DNA of 58,382 nucleotides, taken from positions 1-58,382 of the IMG/VR virus record IMGVR_UViG_3300009158_000057; one strand, 5' to 3'. Shown in pieces: positions 56,542 to 58,382 of this stretch. Position numbers and translations under genes: made by a program. This DNA comes from a virus. Lineage: Duplodnaviria > Caudoviricetes. Positions within the stretch are counted from its first letter, which is position 1, and each line of letters opens with the position of its first letter. A model generated the notes under the pieces. The model was not told the origin of the DNA and searched no databases. It saw only the letters and a program-made list of their open reading frames with translations.

Positions 56542-58382
56542 TTAATAAGATCCTAATGATATTCTTTTCCATGTGTTTGTTGCGACACAAACATAAAGAT
56601 AAGAAGTATCATACGCAAGTTGCCCTGCTATTCCTGTTGCAGTTGACACTGGAGATGCAGATTGACCATAAGCGGCGCCAATAGAACCAGTATACCCTAT
56701 GCCAATTGAGCCAGTGTAGCCGATGCTGCCAGTATAGCCAGTAGAACCTAATGAGCCAGAGTAACCTCTTGTGCCTGTAGATGTTGCAACTTCCCATGTG
56801 GTGCCGCTATAGATGAACTCTACTTTAGCGTTTGTAATGTTGATTACAAGATCAGTTGCAGAACCGTCAATTGTGCTACCGTTTCTCGCAACTGTTAGTG
56901 CATTGACAGCAAAATAATTGCCAGCATCTACAATAGCAACATAATTTCCTGACGTAGGTGAAGCAGGTAAAGTTACAGTGAATGAACCACCGCTGGTGTC
57001 TGCCATCACACCGTCAAGATTAGACGCTGTATAGTTTGCAGTTTTGTTTACCCATGTAATACCGAAGCCTGCATTGCCCTTAGAGCCAGAGTAACCTCTT
57101 GTGCCTGTAGATGTTGCAACTTGCCAGACTGTACCATCCCAAACAAATTCTACTTTTGCATTGTGAATGTTAAGACTGATGCTGCTGAAGCCACCCTCAA
57201 TGTTATTGCCGTTGCCGCCAACAGTTAGAGGATTTACTGACCAGTCGCCATCGTCTAAAACAACTACGTAGTTGCCTACAGTGGGCGTTGCAGGAAGTAA
57301 TAACGTCCATGAACCGCCAGTTGTGTCAGCAATAATGCCGTCTAGATTAGATGTTGTATAGTTTGCACTCTTGTTCAGCCAATTCACGCCGTTGCCGGCA
57401 GCACCTTGAGAACCAGAATAACCTATAGAGCCTGTATAGCCAGCAGAGCCAGCAGAGCCGACTGAACCATTGTAACCAGTTGAACCCTGATCGCCTTTAG
57501 AGCCAGAGTAGCCTATGCTGCCTGTGTAGCCAACTGAACCGTTATATCCAGTAGAGCCATTGTAGCCGTTATTTCCATCAGTGCCTCTAGAGCCTGTGTA
57601 GCCAACAGAGCCAGTGTAGCCAAACGAGCCTTGATAACCTAGATTGCCTTGATCGCCCTTTGAGCCTGTGTACCCAATAGAGCCAGTAGCGCCAACTGAG
57701 CCGTCATAGCCAGTAGAGCCAATGTCACCCTTTGAGCCAGAGTAACCAACAGAACCATCATAGCCTCTAGAGCCGTTATAGCCAGTTGCGCCAGTAGAAC
57801 CGACAGAGCCGCCGTAGCCTAGTGAACCAGTGTAGCCAATAATGCCCTGTGAACCGACAGAGCCATTATAGCCAACAGAGCCAGCATAGCCTAGTGAACC
57901 AGTGTAGCCAATAACGCCTTGTGAACCGACAGAGCCGCCGTAGCCGATGCTGCCTGTATAGCCAATAGAGCCAGTCGCGCCAACTGAGCCGTCATAGCCA
58001 GTAGCGCCTGTATCGCCCTTTGAGCCGCTGTAGCCAATAGAGCCATTATAACCAGTTGAACCGTTATAGCCTACGCCAATAGAACCAGTATAACCAATAG
58101 AGCCAGTTGCGCCTACAGAACCATTATAACCAGTCGAGCCTGTATCGCCTTTAGAACCAGAGTAACCAATAGAGCCGATGCTGCCTTGTGAACCAGTGTA
58201 ACCAACTGAACCGTTATAGCCAACTGAACCGTTATAGCCAGTAGCGCCTGTTGCGCCAACTGAGCCGTTGTAACCAACTGAACCGTTATAGCCTACGCCA
58301 ATAGAACCAGTATAACCAACTGAACCGTTATAGCCTACGCCAATAGAACCAGTATAACCAACTGAACCGTTATAGCCAGTAG
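56542..58382 (-). CDS. Collagen-like tail fibre, 3' part (start lies beyond window end)
   Basis: The frame of ORF 56542..57387 stays open through GYxGS repeats to the window end; two T4 gp34/gp10-like modules (DT.GGS.T..LPA.PT.GNYV...D); C-terminal YLYVCVATNTWKR. Confidence 0.88.
   Translation of the reverse strand, partial: TGYNGSVGYTGSIGVGYNGSVGYTGSIGVGYNGSVGYNGSVGATGATGYNGSVGYNGSVGYTGSQGSIGSIGYSGSKGDTGSTGYNGSVGATGSIGYTGSIGVGYNGSTGYNGSIGYSGSKGDTGATGYDGSVGATGSIGYTGSIGYGGSVGSQGVIGYTGSLGYAGSVGYNGSVGSQGIIGYTGSLGYGGSVGSTGATGYNGSRGYDGSVGYSGSKGDIGSTGYDGSVGATGSIGYTGSKGDQGNLGYQGSFGYTGSVGYTGSRGTDGNNGYNGSTGYNGSVGYTGSIGYSGSKGDQGSTGYNGSVGSAGSAGYTGSIGYSGSQGAAGNGVNWLNKSANYTTSNLDGIIADTTGGSWTLLLPATPTVGNYVVVLDDGDWSVNPLTVGGNGNNIEGGFSSISLNIHNAKVEFVWDGTVWQVATSTGTRGYSGSKGNAGFGITWVNKTANYTASNLDGVMADTSGGSFTVTLPASPTSGNYVAIVDAGNYFAVNALTVARNGSTIDGSATDLVINITNAKVEFIYSGTTWEVATSTGTRGYSGSLGSTGYTGSIGYTGSIGIGYTGSIGAAYGQSASPVSTATGIAGQLAYDTSYLYVCVATNTWKRISLGSY
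58271..58377. repeat. Perfect 42-bp tandem repeat (about 2.5 copies)
   Basis: TAACCAACTGAACCGTTATAGCCTACGCCAATAGAACCAGTA. Confidence 0.85.

Noticed and set aside
56542-57387. A separate 281-aa gene starting at 57387
   Set aside because: The frame stays open upstream to the window end, so this is the C-terminus of a longer fibre
52536-58377. CRISPR array
   Set aside because: Repeats are head-to-tail, in-frame multiples of 3 inside coding regions, with no unique spacers and no cas genes

Overview
58.4-kb piece of a large T4-like myovirus genome, standard genetic code, almost all on the minus strand. It is a non-enteric type with no gp24 after gp23; an alpha-proteobacterial host is a tentative inference from ROSE-like and IHF-like sites and the gene set. 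Left to right: (1) an early/accessory region with sigma70 promoters, IHF-like boxes and a DUF262-HNH nuclease; (2) the replication block (41, uvsX, 43, regA, 62, 44, 45, 46, 47, 55, uvsW, uvsY), interleaved with a putative virion-packaged nucleotidyltransferase, GH19 endolysin, Hsp20, FkbM methyltransferase, a glycosyltransferase/2OG-oxygenase cluster, peptide deformylase and a MazG-like protein; (3) a plus-strand island with 4 tRNAs and AhpD-like, wHTH and ClpP-like genes; (4) head, tail and neck genes (23, 22, 21, 20, 19, 18, 17, 16, 15, 14, 13) under TATAAATA late promoters; (5) a fibre region with three GYxGS collagen-like genes, the last cut by the window end. The best candidate for a new system is the enzyme cassette at 46.9-53.0 kb, between fibre genes. 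It encodes a GT60/Gnt1-like GlcNAc transferase, two dUTPase-fold-like paralogues, a 2OG-Fe(II) hydroxylase, a sulfotransferase and a mirror-symmetric Tyr/Asn octapeptide-repeat protein, and looks like machinery for post-translationally decorating virion fibres. All family calls come from reading motifs by eye; no database search was run.
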